The notes under the pieces: model-generated
Seen by the model: the letters and a program-made list of their open reading frames with translations, nothing else
The model's database searches: none
Told to the model about the DNA's origin: nothing
Position numbers and translations under genes: made by a program
Assembly (NCBI GenBank): GCA_016214745.1
Contig: JACRNW010000001.1
Location: 67,150 to 131,149 of the forward strand
Length of the DNA stretch: 64,000 nucleotides
Reading direction: 5' to 3'
Source: Candidatus Falkowbacteria bacterium
Lineage (GTDB): Bacteria > Patescibacteriota > Patescibacteriia > XYB2-FULL-38-15
Shown here: positions 10,278-19,857 of the stretch, in pieces
How positions within the stretch are numbered: position 1 is the first letter of the stretch
Layout of the letters: each line of letters starts with the position of its first letter

Positions 10278-12626
10278 CTAGTAAATCTTCATCAGCATTT
10301 CTTCCGCGCCGGTGATATCCGCGCCGTTGGCGTAAGAAAGTGTGGTAGGAATTGCGAGGATATTTTCGCTCCGGAAATTATTGGCGGTGAAACCGGCCGC
10401 GGTGACTTTTCTTTTTTCCGCACCCTGGATGTAGTAGACGTCGGTTGTGCCAGAATATTGGACAAGCGCGCCGGTCGGGTGAGTGTCGGTTGAAATATCG
10501 GAACCAAAAAAATAATCGCCCCAGAAAGCAAGAGGCACATCTATGATCTTCGTCGCCCAGTTGCCGCCGTAGAGAGTTTTAATTCTTGTTTCAGTCGGAA
10601 TCCATCGGAGGAGACCGTTTGGTTCAACCGCGTAGACCTTTGGGTTGGTATCAATTTTCACGAGCACGGTGCCGGGACGAACTGTCACATTCTTGCCCAG
10701 AGGAATGGCCCGAAGTTCCTCGGCCGTGACGCTTTTTACGTTGCTCCAATCCGGATACCAACTCTTGTAAGTTTTCTCATTAGGGAAAATATGGCGCTTG
10801 TTGTCCGAGCCAAAGTAATAAACCGTAGTGCTCAAAGGACTCTTGAAGAGATCCCCCGCCACAAGACCGGCTGGATTTTCCGCCGAAGGTGGGGTCTCTG
10901 CTCCCGGTGGCGGAGGCGTGGTATAAGTAATCGTGAAATCCGCGTCGGAAATATCAGAAGCGACAAAGACGCCACTCTCGTCATGTCCTTCAACTTTAAT
11001 CTTTACCGTACTGCTCGGAACGTTAGGAACTGTCCAAGAATATGTGCCGTCATTATTTTCATTCGTGGCAATTGTATATGGGAAATTCACACCGCGATCT
11101 AGAGAATAATAGATTTTTACTTTAGTAATTGTCGTGCTCGTAGAGGACCAAGTAATGTTCTTGCTCGAGAGACCGGCCCAAGATTCGCCGCCGTTTGGAG
11201 ACAAAACCATGACAGAAGCAGGCAATCCTCCGCCGCCTCCGCCTCCTCCTCCGCCAGCCGCGACAGTGGTGAAGCTGAAGGGATTGGCAACCGGACCGGC
11301 CGCGAGATTGCCATCACCGGCAGCTGCCGAGGCAATTGTTCCAGCCAGAGTAATGGTGTATATCTGCATACCGGCAAAGGCGTCATGAGCAGCGTAGGTT
11401 AAAACTGTGTCGCCAGAAGTCCAACCCGCCGCGCCAAGAGTGAATGAAGGAAGTCTCGTGATCGCGCCAGTAACAGAGGCCTGGGTCATGGCTTCGGAGA
11501 AAGTGATGACCATGCTCGCGTCCAAAGCCACATCCGTGGCGGCACTGGCTGGAGAAGTGGTGACAATCACCGGAGCCGCACTGTCGGTAAAGGCCGGCGA
11601 GGAAGCAGAAGTAATAGTTTTGCTGGCCGCGGTGTTTGTACCATCAGTCACGGAAGTACCAGCGGTATAGGCAAGGGAGAGATCACCGACGTTTGTTTTA
11701 ACAGTGGTGGTTGTAAAACCATAATCGCACTCGTCAGCGGCGGCAGAACCGCTGTTACATTCAACTGTTCCTTCCACAATTCCGGCAAAGTTCGCGGCGG
11801 AAGTAAGTGCCCAATCAGCACTGCCATTGGCCACGGCGCTGATGTTTTCCGACCAGATTACGCCGATAAGGTCGAGTTTTCCGTCGCTACCCATAGCATC
11901 GTAAAAAGTGGTGGAGACGACAGCCGGAGCGGCGCCGTCGACATATGTAGCCTGAGATTGGTTACCAAGTGTTGTGTTAGTATTTGGAACACCGTCAGCC
12001 AAAGAAAAAAGGTTCTGGGTGGAAACTGCGAGGAGGCTGCTCGTATCGTTTGTGATTACGGCAGTCGCTTCTGTGCCGAGGTCAACGTCGGTTGAAGTAA
12101 CGGCGCCGGTGATAAGGTCAGTGGCGTTCGCGCCAAAAGCCGCACCGGTAAAGGAACCGACGTTGCCAAAAACCAGATCATTCGCCCGAAGAACTGAAGA
12201 TGCGGTAACTGTTTCCGAATAGTCAAAGATTATACGATCAATCTTGCCGTCAAGGTCAACATCTTGGTAAGTAATAGTTTTAATCACCGGGGCCGCGCCA
12301 TCAGTGAAGGCCGGAGAGGAAGCAGAAGTAATGGTCTTACTCGCCGCGGTGTTTGTACCATCAGTCACGGAAGTACCGGCAGTATAGGCAAGACTTAGAT
12401 CACCGACGTTTGTTTTAACAGTGGTGGTTGTAAAGGTGTAAGTAACGACATTCATTGGCGGCCGCGGCACCACTGTTGCAAATAACGGCGGTTTCAGTGA
12501 GAGCGGCAAAATTCGCCGCGGAAGAAATCGCCCAATCAGCGCTGCCATCGGCCACGGCGCTGATATTTTCTGACCAGACAACGGTAATACGATCAAGTTT
12601 TCCGTCGTTAGTTGCCGGCGAAGCAT
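10278..12626 (-). CDS. C-terminal portion of a split giant surface-protein gene (locus A). Module M x2, a poly-Gly linker, a PNGGE domain and the conserved C-terminal domain (type I)
   Basis: Overlaps 12415-15054 by ~210 nt in another frame. The homologous in-frame sequence exists internally (ADECDYGFTTTTVK). The true start is probably the upstream ORF. The C-terminus GDLFKSPLSTTVYYFGSDNKRHIFPNEKTYKSWY... is shared with loci B and C. Confidence 0.65.
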   Translation of the reverse strand: MLRRQLTTENLIVLPLSGQKISAPWPMAALIGRFLPRRILPLSLKPPLFATVVPRPPMNVVTYTFTTTTVKTNVGDLSLAYTAGTSVTDGTNTAASKTITSASSPAFTDGAAPVIKTITYQDVDLDGKIDRIIFDYSETVTASSVLRANDLVFGNVGSFTGAAFGANATDLITGAVTSTDVDLGTEATAVITNDTSSLLAVSTQNLFSLADGVPNTNTTLGNQSQATYVDGAAPAVVSTTFYDAMGSDGKLDLIGVIWSENISAVANGSADWALTSAANFAGIVEGTVECNSGSAAADECDYGFTTTTVKTNVGDLSLAYTAGTSVTDGTNTAASKTITSASSPAFTDSAAPVIVTTSPASAATDVALDASMVITFSEAMTQASVTGAITRLPSFTLGAAGWTSGDTVLTYAAHDAFAGMQIYTITLAGTIASAAAGDGNLAAGPVANPFSFTTVAAGGGGGGGGGGLPASVMVLSPNGGESWAGLSSKNITWSSTSTTITKVKIYYSLDRGVNFPYTIATNENNDGTYSWTVPNVPSSTVKIKVEGHDESGVFVASDISDADFTITYTTPPPPGAETPPSAENPAGLVAGDLFKSPLSTTVYYFGSDNKRHIFPNEKTYKSWYPDWSNVKSVTAEELRAIPLGKNVTVRPGTVLVKIDTNPKVYAVEPNGLLRWIPTETRIKTLYGGNWATKIIDVPLAFWGDYFFGSDISTDTHPTGALVQYSGTTDVYYIQGAEKRKVTAAGFTANNFRSENILAIPTTLSYANGADITGAEEMLMKIY
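11566..11712. repeat. diverged third copy of the ~145-bp module-M repeat (internal duplication)
   Basis: ~85 % identical to 12296-12440 by eye. Encodes the second FTTTTVKTNVGDLSLAYTAGTSVTDGTNTAASK module. Confidence 0.7.
12296..12440. repeat. ~145-bp repeat copy 1, identical to 19785-19930. The frameshift sits at its distal end
   Basis: Direct comparison of the two stretches (cagtgaaggccggagaggaagcagaagtaatggtcttactcgccgcggtgtttgtaccatcagtcacgg...gtggttgtaaaggtgtaa). Confidence 0.85.
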
Positions 12627-15054
12627 CGTAGAAAGTGGCAGTAAGGACAGCCGGAGCGGCCAAATCTATCATCGTAGCCGGACCAGTTGTGCCAGCAGGA
12701 TTTAAGGCAGCATCCACAACGCTATTGTTGGTATCATCATTGTCATAGGCAATGGTCGGAGCGGTCGCACTGTTAGTTTCGCCCGCATCGGCTGTGACGG
12801 TAATGTCTTTATCCGTACCAAGACCCGGACTATCAGTTGCAACGGAAAAGGTTGCATTAATATCGCCGCCGACAATTGTCCAATCAACCGCCGTGCTGCC
12901 CGTCATTGTTACGGACTCTGACCAGGTGACGCGAAGTGTATCTATCGCGCCATTCCCATCAATATCGCGATATGAACCACCGATCAAAATTGGCGCAGCG
13001 CCGTCGGTTGAGGCAACAGGCGCCCCATCAGTAGCTATGACATTGCCATAGAGATCTTTTAATTTTGTGTTAACCGTGAGTTGCGTATTTGGCGTCGCAC
13101 CGGTGTCCATTGATCCGCTCTCCGTAAAATTCACCCAAAAAATATTATCATTTGCCGCACCGCCGGTAACATAGGCCTCCCCAGCATAGACGGCCACATC
13201 AAGTGTTATAGTAAAATTATCGTTCAAAGCTTCATCAGTAGTAAAAATAATTCTATCAATCTGGCCGTCGCCGTCAGCATCGGCCGTTACTCTTGAAGTG
13301 ACTACCGGACCCGCTGAGTCAATAGTTTGAGTATTGGCGTTCAAAACCACTGCGTCAGTCGGACCGTCGTTAGTTGAGGACATAAACACACCCACGTCGC
13401 CAGCCGAGCTGGCCACTCCATCAGCGCCCACGTCGTTATAAACCGGAATCTGGAATTTTAATGTTCGGCCATTGGTCGGCGTAATGGTTGTCAAAATTGC
13501 CGCAAAAATTCTTTTTCCGCCAATCGGTATTGCCTGGGTTAGGCCGCTCAACCGCCATTCTTTAGAGTCTCCCGGATTCACAGTCATTGCTCCAAGGCTT
13601 GTATCAACCCCAACCCCCTGAAAAATACCATCTCCGTCGTCAGCCCAAAGAGTAACCGAAGAAATATCAGTTGAGTTGACCGCCGTGCCGGTGTTTTGAA
13701 TACCCATGCCGGCAAGCTGATCGTCTTGCCGGTCCACCACGCTGTTCGGCGCCGCACCGCCGGCCGTTCCTTCGTCTACATAAATACTCTTAGTGGCGTC
13801 AATAGTGCCGGCACCCGTAAATTTACAAACCTGAGTTCCGACGCCGCCGCCATCGCAGTCGGCTACAAAATCAGTTAAGGAATCTCCGGCCGCGACGCCG
13901 CCGCCAACATAAACAGTTACATCAGCCGAAGCGGAGTAAGTAAATTTACCAGCCACGTTTTCAATAAATAAATCATTACCCGGCGTCCAAAGAGCATTGA
14001 CTTCTTTCACCCAACCGGCTGTAGCGGCAACGTTTGTCCCGGTATCGCCATCAGTCGGGGTTCCTAAAACAACGCTCTCCGCAACAATCGCGGTCAAACG
14101 ATTATCACCGGCGCTCACTCCGTTGGCTCCTGAATTATTAATATCGTCATAAACGTATTCCGTGCCTACCGCCCAAATTCCATCACCTCCCGTAACTTTA
14201 CCCTGCGTGAGCGCCTCGATTACTGTGAGGCAATCCGCATCCGCAGGACACGCGACAACAGAACCAACCGCGCCGCCAGCTGTCGCCGTAACTCTCGTAT
14301 CGCCAGTGGTCACCGTGAGACTCGTATCGACGTCAATGTAAACATCTTCAGCGGCATCCCACTGATTTGCCGTGCCGCCAAGCGTTACCGTGGGATTCGT
14401 CAGAGCTGTAAGTGAAAGTGCAATATCACCATTTCCCCCGGCCACTGCGGCTTCGGCGCTTTTATTGGAAATATATCTTAGGTTGGCGTCAGAATCTTGC
14501 CAGACGTTGGTCGGAGTCACCACACTATCGGCTACAACATTATCCCCCCCAACAATATCATACAGGGAATCTCCTCCGCTTAAAGCAGTAGCGCCGGCTG
14601 TATTTGTTGCCGTGCCATCAGCGTCAACCAAAGTATCCGCCGCCGAAGTGTAAACGCTATCCGCATCAAGATCGCGGATGACCGCCTCTGTGTCGCCTCC
14701 TTGGAAACCGGCTGCGCCAGCATCTTTATAACCAACGCCGCTAGTTGTTCCCAAAGCCGGAATCGCGGTTAGCGTACTTCCCTGCCAATAATTAATGCCC
14801 GAATTTTGCATTAAAATATCGGCCGTGTAGGCGCCACTGTTCCAGGCGTCGGGAATAACCACATTCATAACTGCCGTCATACTAGAGGATGGACCAATAG
14901 TTACGGTCGCCGCACCGGTATTTGTGAAATTAACCTGCAACGAAGCCTCGGTGAACAGAATCGGATAAATTAAAAATCCGATCATTGATGCGGCCACCAC
15001 AAAATAGGTCGCCACAAACAAGATCGGAAAACGTTTTCGGATAAACCTTGCCAT
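12415..15054 (-). CDS. N-terminal portion of split locus A. Signal/TM anchor, Thr/Gly/Ala/Asp-rich beta-rich region with DxDxDG Ca-binding-like loops
   Basis: MARFIRKRFPILFVATYFVVAASMIGFLIYPILF signal anchor. Ends ...CNSGAAAANEC then RYLHLYNHHC*, where the paralogous sequence continues DYGFTTTTVK. So it is frameshifted relative to 10278-12626. Confidence 0.65.
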   Translation of the reverse strand: MARFIRKRFPILFVATYFVVAASMIGFLIYPILFTEASLQVNFTNTGAATVTIGPSSSMTAVMNVVIPDAWNSGAYTADILMQNSGINYWQGSTLTAIPALGTTSGVGYKDAGAAGFQGGDTEAVIRDLDADSVYTSAADTLVDADGTATNTAGATALSGGDSLYDIVGGDNVVADSVVTPTNVWQDSDANLRYISNKSAEAAVAGGNGDIALSLTALTNPTVTLGGTANQWDAAEDVYIDVDTSLTVTTGDTRVTATAGGAVGSVVACPADADCLTVIEALTQGKVTGGDGIWAVGTEYVYDDINNSGANGVSAGDNRLTAIVAESVVLGTPTDGDTGTNVAATAGWVKEVNALWTPGNDLFIENVAGKFTYSASADVTVYVGGGVAAGDSLTDFVADCDGGGVGTQVCKFTGAGTIDATKSIYVDEGTAGGAAPNSVVDRQDDQLAGMGIQNTGTAVNSTDISSVTLWADDGDGIFQGVGVDTSLGAMTVNPGDSKEWRLSGLTQAIPIGGKRIFAAILTTITPTNGRTLKFQIPVYNDVGADGVASSAGDVGVFMSSTNDGPTDAVVLNANTQTIDSAGPVVTSRVTADADGDGQIDRIIFTTDEALNDNFTITLDVAVYAGEAYVTGGAANDNIFWVNFTESGSMDTGATPNTQLTVNTKLKDLYGNVIATDGAPVASTDGAAPILIGGSYRDIDGNGAIDTLRVTWSESVTMTGSTAVDWTIVGGDINATFSVATDSPGLGTDKDITVTADAGETNSATAPTIAYDNDDTNNSVVDAALNPAGTTGPATMIDLAAPAVLTATFYDASPATNDGKLDRITVVWSENISAVADGSADWAISSAANFAALTETAVICNSGAAAANECRYLHLYNHHC

Positions 15055-15073
15055 AGTTTTTGAATTTAGAGTT

Positions 15074-15107
15074 TAGAATCTAGACTCTATCAAAGTAGAA
15101 TCTATAA
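15074..15107. promoter_or_regulatory. two copies of the TAGAATCTAGA/TAGAATCTATA motif upstream of locus A
   Basis: Seen at 15074-15084 and 15096-15106. Three more copies sit upstream of locus B at 18038-18072. Confidence 0.4.
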
Positions 15108-15273
15108 ATTAAAATTATTTATATAAAATTTTTATAAATAAAACTAATTGCCCTTTTCAAGAGATTCTATTTTTTTACTATTATACCCATAAACATATTA
15201 TACCAAAAAAATAAAATAACTAAAAGAGGCGGATCTTCCAACCCGCCCCTTTTTTATTCATATCAGGAGTTCT

Positions 15274-18030
15274 CTAATAAATCCTGGACAGGGCCATCTC
15301 TTCTGCGACAAGCGGTGTGCCCAAAGTGTAAGACAGGGCCGTCGATACAGAAAGAACATTTGACAACTGGAAGTGATTTCCTGTAAAGCCGGCGGTGGAG
15401 ATTAGACGCTTTTCCGTGCCCTGGATGTAATATTTTTCAGTTGAACCAGTGTATTGAACCAAGGCGCCGGTCGGATGTTTGTCGGTTGTGACATCACTTC
15501 CAAAAGTGTAGTCAACCCAGAAGATGACTGGGACATCAATGATCTTCGTCGCCCAAGTGGAGCCGTAAAGAGTGGCGGCGCGAGCTTCGGTCGGAACCCA
15601 GCGAAGGAGTCCGCCCGGTTCAACGGCGTAGACTTTGGGATCAGTCTGGATTTTGACTAGAACTGTGCCGGCCCTGACCGTGACGTTATGGCCCAAAGAA
15701 ATGCCCTGGAGTTGAGAGGCGGAAATAGTCTTGATACCGGTGAAATCCACATACCAACTCTTGTAAGTCTTTTCATTTGGGAAGACGTGGCGTTTCCCAT
15801 CAGAACCATAGTAATAAACTGAAGAACTGAGACTGCTCTTAACCAAATCTCCGACGCTCAAAGAAACTGGAGTTTCACCAGGCGTGCCGGGAGCGGCAAA
15901 GGAGACTGAAGCGGTTTGAGTAAGAACCACGCCCGCGGCAGTAGCCGTGTAAGTTGAAGTGCCGGCTGTGCTTGATTTAACTTCAAAGGTGGCAACACCG
16001 TTCGTGCCAGTTGTGCCGGTCACGGTCGTAACCGTATCAGAAGCGCCGCGCGAAGAAGCGAGGGTCACAGTCTTGCCGGAAAGCAAATTAGAACTTGAGT
16101 CTTTGACGGTGACCGTAACAGTTGATTTGGAAGTTCCATTAGCTGTGACTGATGTTGGCGAAGCAACAACCGTGGAATTGGAAACGGAAACCGCGGAAGT
16201 AGAGTAAGTGATAGTAAAATTTGAATCGGAAATATCATTTAAGCTGCCACTCACCACTTTAACCTTTGCCGTGCTTGTGGCAACGTTCGGAACAGTCCAG
16301 GTGTATGAACCATCGTTCGTTTCGTTCGTCGCTATTGTGTTTAGAAAATTAATACCACTGTCGGTTGAATAATAGAGGCTAACCGGGTCGCTATTACTAA
16401 CAGTCGACCAGGTGATATTGTAAGATCCACCTCCGGTCAGAGTTTCACCGCCGTTTGGAGTTGTGACAGTGATAGACGCAGGCAATGATGCGGCACCGCC
16501 TCCACCGCTTGAAGCTCCAACTGTGGTAAAGTCAAAAGGATTGGCCACTGGACCAGCGCCAAGATTTCCGTCAGTCCCAGCCGCTGAAGCGATTGTTCCG
16601 GCTAAGGTGATGATATAATTCTGCATGCCGGCAAAAGCATCGTGAGCAGAGTAAGTAAGAATTGTACTTGCAGCATTCCATGATGCCGCGCCAAGAGTAA
16701 ATGCTGGAGCTCTGGCAATCGCGCCCGTGACGGAAGCTTCAGTCATAGTCTCAGAGAAAGTGATGACCAAGTTCGCATCCAGTGCCACATCTGTGACGTT
16801 GTCTACCGGAGAGGTGGTCGCGATGACCGGGGCCGCGCCATCAACTAAAGATATTGGACCAAAAGTGGGAGTGTTATTACTGCCGCCCCCATCATTAATA
16901 TTATTGGTGTTATTGGTATAAGTAATGGTTGGTTCAATACCTGCTAGCGTTTGCTTACCGGTTCTCGCGGCAGTGGCGTCAACCGTACCAGTGCCAACGT
17001 CAGTGCAAGTAATAGTGGCTAATGTTCCTGAACCCGCGCATTCGGCGAGGGCAAAGTCACCAACAAGTCCAATATCTCCGGCCGTGGAGAATGCCCAATC
17101 CGCGGCAGTAATAGCGGAAAAAGTCGTTATCTCGGAAAAGGCAAAAGCCACGCGGTCAACTTTTCCGTCAGCAGTAGAATCTGAGTAAGTCGCGGAGATC
17201 ATAAACGGCGCGGCGCCATCTATGTATAACGCTTGGGTTTGGCCGGCGAGCGTTGCGTTGGTATTTGGGATACCGTCAACCAAAGAGAACGCATTTTGAG
17301 TGGTGACCAAAAAGCCTGTGGCGTCATTTGTGTCAACAGCAGTTGCCTCAGTACCAAGGTTGACGTCAGTTGAAGTGACGGAACCAGTGATAAGATCTGT
17401 GGCATCAGCGCCAAAAGCCATGCCGGTAAAATCTCCAGCCGTAGTGGATAAATCATTGGCCGCGAGAACTGAAGCGGCAACAACGGTTTCTGTATAAGCA
17501 AATGTCATGCGGTCAATTTTTCCGTCGGCATCAGCGTCTTTGTAAGTAATTGTTTTAATGAATGGTTTTGAAGCGTCAGTAGCCGTGAAGGTTGACGTGC
17601 CGTCATTTGCATCGGCGACTACACTCGCTAATGTACCTTGATTTGTATAAGTAATTTGCGGATCCGTGACTCCACCAGTAGTCTGTGGCGTAGTAATTAC
17701 GCCTACATCAATGTACTCGTCAGTCGTACAAGTAGCGGAATTGGTAAAACCAACAAAGAGGGTTACACCTATCGTTCCGGTCTCAGCTACAGTCCAATCG
17801 CCAGGTTCGTAAGTGCAGGCTGTAACGTCCGTAAAGGTAAGTCTAATATTATCAACTGTTCCATTAGCATCAGCGTCTATGTATGTGGTAGTGAGAGGTG
17901 CCAGGGCAGCCGCTTTTGCCAAATGAACCGGCATGCTGTACCAAACGCCGAGAGAAATGCTTATGATCATGAGCATTACCACCGACCATGGCAATACTTT
18001 GAAAAATCCTTTTTTGATTCTTTCTGCCAT
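15274..18030 (-). CDS. intact giant surface protein (locus B) with the conserved C-terminal domain (type I)
   Basis: MAERIKKGFFKVLPWSVVMLMIISISLG signal anchor. Ca-binding-like DADADGKIDR modules, SPVDNVTDVALDA...ITFSETMT, a poly-Gly linker, a PNGGE domain, a Big-like domain and GDLVKSSLSSSVYYYGSDGKRHVFPNEKTYKSWY...RIY. It lacks module M. Confidence 0.75.
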   Translation of the reverse strand: MAERIKKGFFKVLPWSVVMLMIISISLGVWYSMPVHLAKAAALAPLTTTYIDADANGTVDNIRLTFTDVTACTYEPGDWTVAETGTIGVTLFVGFTNSATCTTDEYIDVGVITTPQTTGGVTDPQITYTNQGTLASVVADANDGTSTFTATDASKPFIKTITYKDADADGKIDRMTFAYTETVVAASVLAANDLSTTAGDFTGMAFGADATDLITGSVTSTDVNLGTEATAVDTNDATGFLVTTQNAFSLVDGIPNTNATLAGQTQALYIDGAAPFMISATYSDSTADGKVDRVAFAFSEITTFSAITAADWAFSTAGDIGLVGDFALAECAGSGTLATITCTDVGTGTVDATAARTGKQTLAGIEPTITYTNNTNNINDGGGSNNTPTFGPISLVDGAAPVIATTSPVDNVTDVALDANLVITFSETMTEASVTGAIARAPAFTLGAASWNAASTILTYSAHDAFAGMQNYIITLAGTIASAAGTDGNLGAGPVANPFDFTTVGASSGGGGAASLPASITVTTPNGGETLTGGGSYNITWSTVSNSDPVSLYYSTDSGINFLNTIATNETNDGSYTWTVPNVATSTAKVKVVSGSLNDISDSNFTITYSTSAVSVSNSTVVASPTSVTANGTSKSTVTVTVKDSSSNLLSGKTVTLASSRGASDTVTTVTGTTGTNGVATFEVKSSTAGTSTYTATAAGVVLTQTASVSFAAPGTPGETPVSLSVGDLVKSSLSSSVYYYGSDGKRHVFPNEKTYKSWYVDFTGIKTISASQLQGISLGHNVTVRAGTVLVKIQTDPKVYAVEPGGLLRWVPTEARAATLYGSTWATKIIDVPVIFWVDYTFGSDVTTDKHPTGALVQYTGSTEKYYIQGTEKRLISTAGFTGNHFQLSNVLSVSTALSYTLGTPLVAEEMALSRIY

Positions 18031-18037
18031 AAATTTG

Positions 18038-18072
18038 AAATCTAGAATCTAGAAAATAGAATCTAGAAGATT
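18038..18072. promoter_or_regulatory. three tandem copies of the AGAATCTAGA motif upstream of locus B
   Basis: gaaatctagaatctagaaaatagaatctagaaga. Confidence 0.4.
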
Positions 18073-18143
18073 AAAATTAGATTATATTATATGAAACGAA
18101 TTATCCACAAGTATATTACACCTAGTCGTCATCATTATACCAT

Positions 18144-18172
18144 AAAAAACCAGACCGGGGAAACCGGCCTGG
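18144..18172 (-). terminator. rho-independent terminator after 18196-19857
   Basis: Minus strand: CCAGGCCGGTTTCCCCGGTCTGG followed by TTTTTT. Confidence 0.55.
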
Positions 18173-18195
18173 TTTTTATCTTATTCTATCTGGTT

Positions 18196-19857
18196 CTAAT
18201 AAATCCTGGTCAACGCTGTCTCCTCGGCAGTGATTGGCGTGCCAAGGGTGTAGGATATAGTAGTCGGAGCAGAGAGAACATTGGACAACAGAAACTTGTT
18301 GGCCGTGAAACCAGCAGTGGAGATCAAGCGTCTTTCCGCGCCCTGGATGTAATACTTGTCCGTTGTGCCAGTGTATTGGATCAGAGCACCGGTCGGATGT
18401 TGATCGGTCGTGATGTCGCTTCCGAAAGTGTAATCAACCCAGAAGATGACTGGGACGTCAATAATCTTTGTCGCCCAAGCAGAGCCGTAAAGAGTCGTGG
18501 CGCGAGCTTCGGTCGGAACCCAGCGGAGAAGTCCGCCTGGTTCAACGGCGTAGACTTTGGGATCAGTCTGAATCTTCACAAGCACGGTGCCGGGACGAAC
18601 TTTAACGTTCGCGCCCAAAGCAATACCTTGCAATTGCGAAGCTGTGACGGACTTGATACCGCTAAAGTCAACATACCATGACTTGTAGGTCTTTTCATTT
18701 GGGAAGACATGGCGTTTATTGTCGGAACCGTAATAGTAGACTGAAGTAGAGAGCGGGCTCTTAATTAAGTCACCGACAGAAAGCGCAGTTGGCGTTTCAC
18801 CAGCGCCAGGCGTAGTTGGCGCGCCCACGGCCGTAAAGACAACGGAGACAGTGCTCGTAAGAACCGTGCCGGCGGCAGTAACCGTGTAGGTTGAAGTACC
18901 GGCCGTGCTTGAGTAGACGTTGAAGGTGGCTTTGCCATCCGCGCCGGTTGTGCCGGTTACGGTTGTAATCGTGTCAGATGAACCACGACTTGAAGCAAGA
19001 GTCACGACTTTGCCCGAGAGCGGCACGCTCGCGGCGTCCTTCACGGTCACGGTGATAATTGAGAAACTCGTGCCATTAGCCACGACTGAAGTTGGGGAAG
19101 CTACGATGGTGGAGTTCGCGACTGAAACCGTGGGTGTTGTGTAGGTAATAGCGAAATTGGAATCTGATATATCATTCAATGAGCCGGCCACTGCTTTTAC
19201 TTTGACAGTGCTGGAAGTGATATTCGGCACGGTCCAAGCGTAAGAGCCATCATTCGTTTCATTCGTAGCAATGGTGTATGGGAAATTAATACCGGAATCA
19301 AGCGAATAGTAGAGATTCACGGTGTCGGTCACACCCGTAGCAGACCAAGTGATGTTGTGGCTTGAACCACCAGCCCAAGATTCGCCGCCGTTTGGAGCGG
19401 TGACTGTCATTGAAGCCGGCAGCCCTCCTCCGCCTCCACCGCCGCCGCTAGAAGCCGCGACGGTCGTAAAGGTGTAAGGATCAGCTACTATGGCTGAATT
19501 ATCAAGAGTGCTGTCTCCTGCGGCCGCCGAATTAATTGATCCTTGGACCAAATCAATTGTATAGATTTGCAGACCAGCCCAAGCATCATGCGAAGCGTAA
19601 GTGACCACCGTGTTGCCAGAAGACCAAACAGCTGAACCGAGGGCAAAAGTAGGAGATCTGCCGAGAGTAGTTGTTGTGATATCAGTCGTAGTCATCGCTT
19701 CCGAGAAAGTGATAGAGAAGCTGGCGTCCAAGGCAACGCTTGTCGCGCCGTCGGCCGGAGAGGTGGAAGCAACAACCGGATTTGCACCGTCAGTGAAGGC
19801 CGGAGAGGAAGCAGAAGTAATGGTCTTACTCGCCGCGGTGTTTGTACCATCAGTCAC
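18196..19857 (-). CDS. C-terminal portion of split locus C. Module M x1, a poly-Gly linker, a PNGGE domain, a Big-like domain and the conserved C-terminal domain (type I)
   Basis: The track starts it at a GTG inside module M (VTDGTNTAASK...). The frame stays open upstream to CYTFTTTTVKTNVGDL inside the 145-bp repeat. No signal peptide, so the N-terminus is supplied by 19884-21434. Confidence 0.65.
   Translation of the reverse strand: MTDGTNTAASKTITSASSPAFTDGANPVVASTSPADGATSVALDASFSITFSEAMTTTDITTTTLGRSPTFALGSAVWSSGNTVVTYASHDAWAGLQIYTIDLVQGSINSAAAGDSTLDNSAIVADPYTFTTVAASSGGGGGGGGLPASMTVTAPNGGESWAGGSSHNITWSATGVTDTVNLYYSLDSGINFPYTIATNETNDGSYAWTVPNITSSTVKVKAVAGSLNDISDSNFAITYTTPTVSVANSTIVASPTSVVANGTSFSIITVTVKDAASVPLSGKVVTLASSRGSSDTITTVTGTTGADGKATFNVYSSTAGTSTYTVTAAGTVLTSTVSVVFTAVGAPTTPGAGETPTALSVGDLIKSPLSTSVYYYGSDNKRHVFPNEKTYKSWYVDFSGIKSVTASQLQGIALGANVKVRPGTVLVKIQTDPKVYAVEPGGLLRWVPTEARATTLYGSAWATKIIDVPVIFWVDYTFGSDITTDQHPTGALIQYTGTTDKYYIQGAERRLISTAGFTANKFLLSNVLSAPTTISYTLGTPITAEETALTRIY

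Noticed and set aside
12453-12455. Independent ATG start (MNVVTYTFTTTT...) for the downstream locus A ORF
   Set aside because: It would yield a secreted-type protein with no signal peptide. Paralog comparison shows the sequence is an internal module continuing from the upstream ORF.
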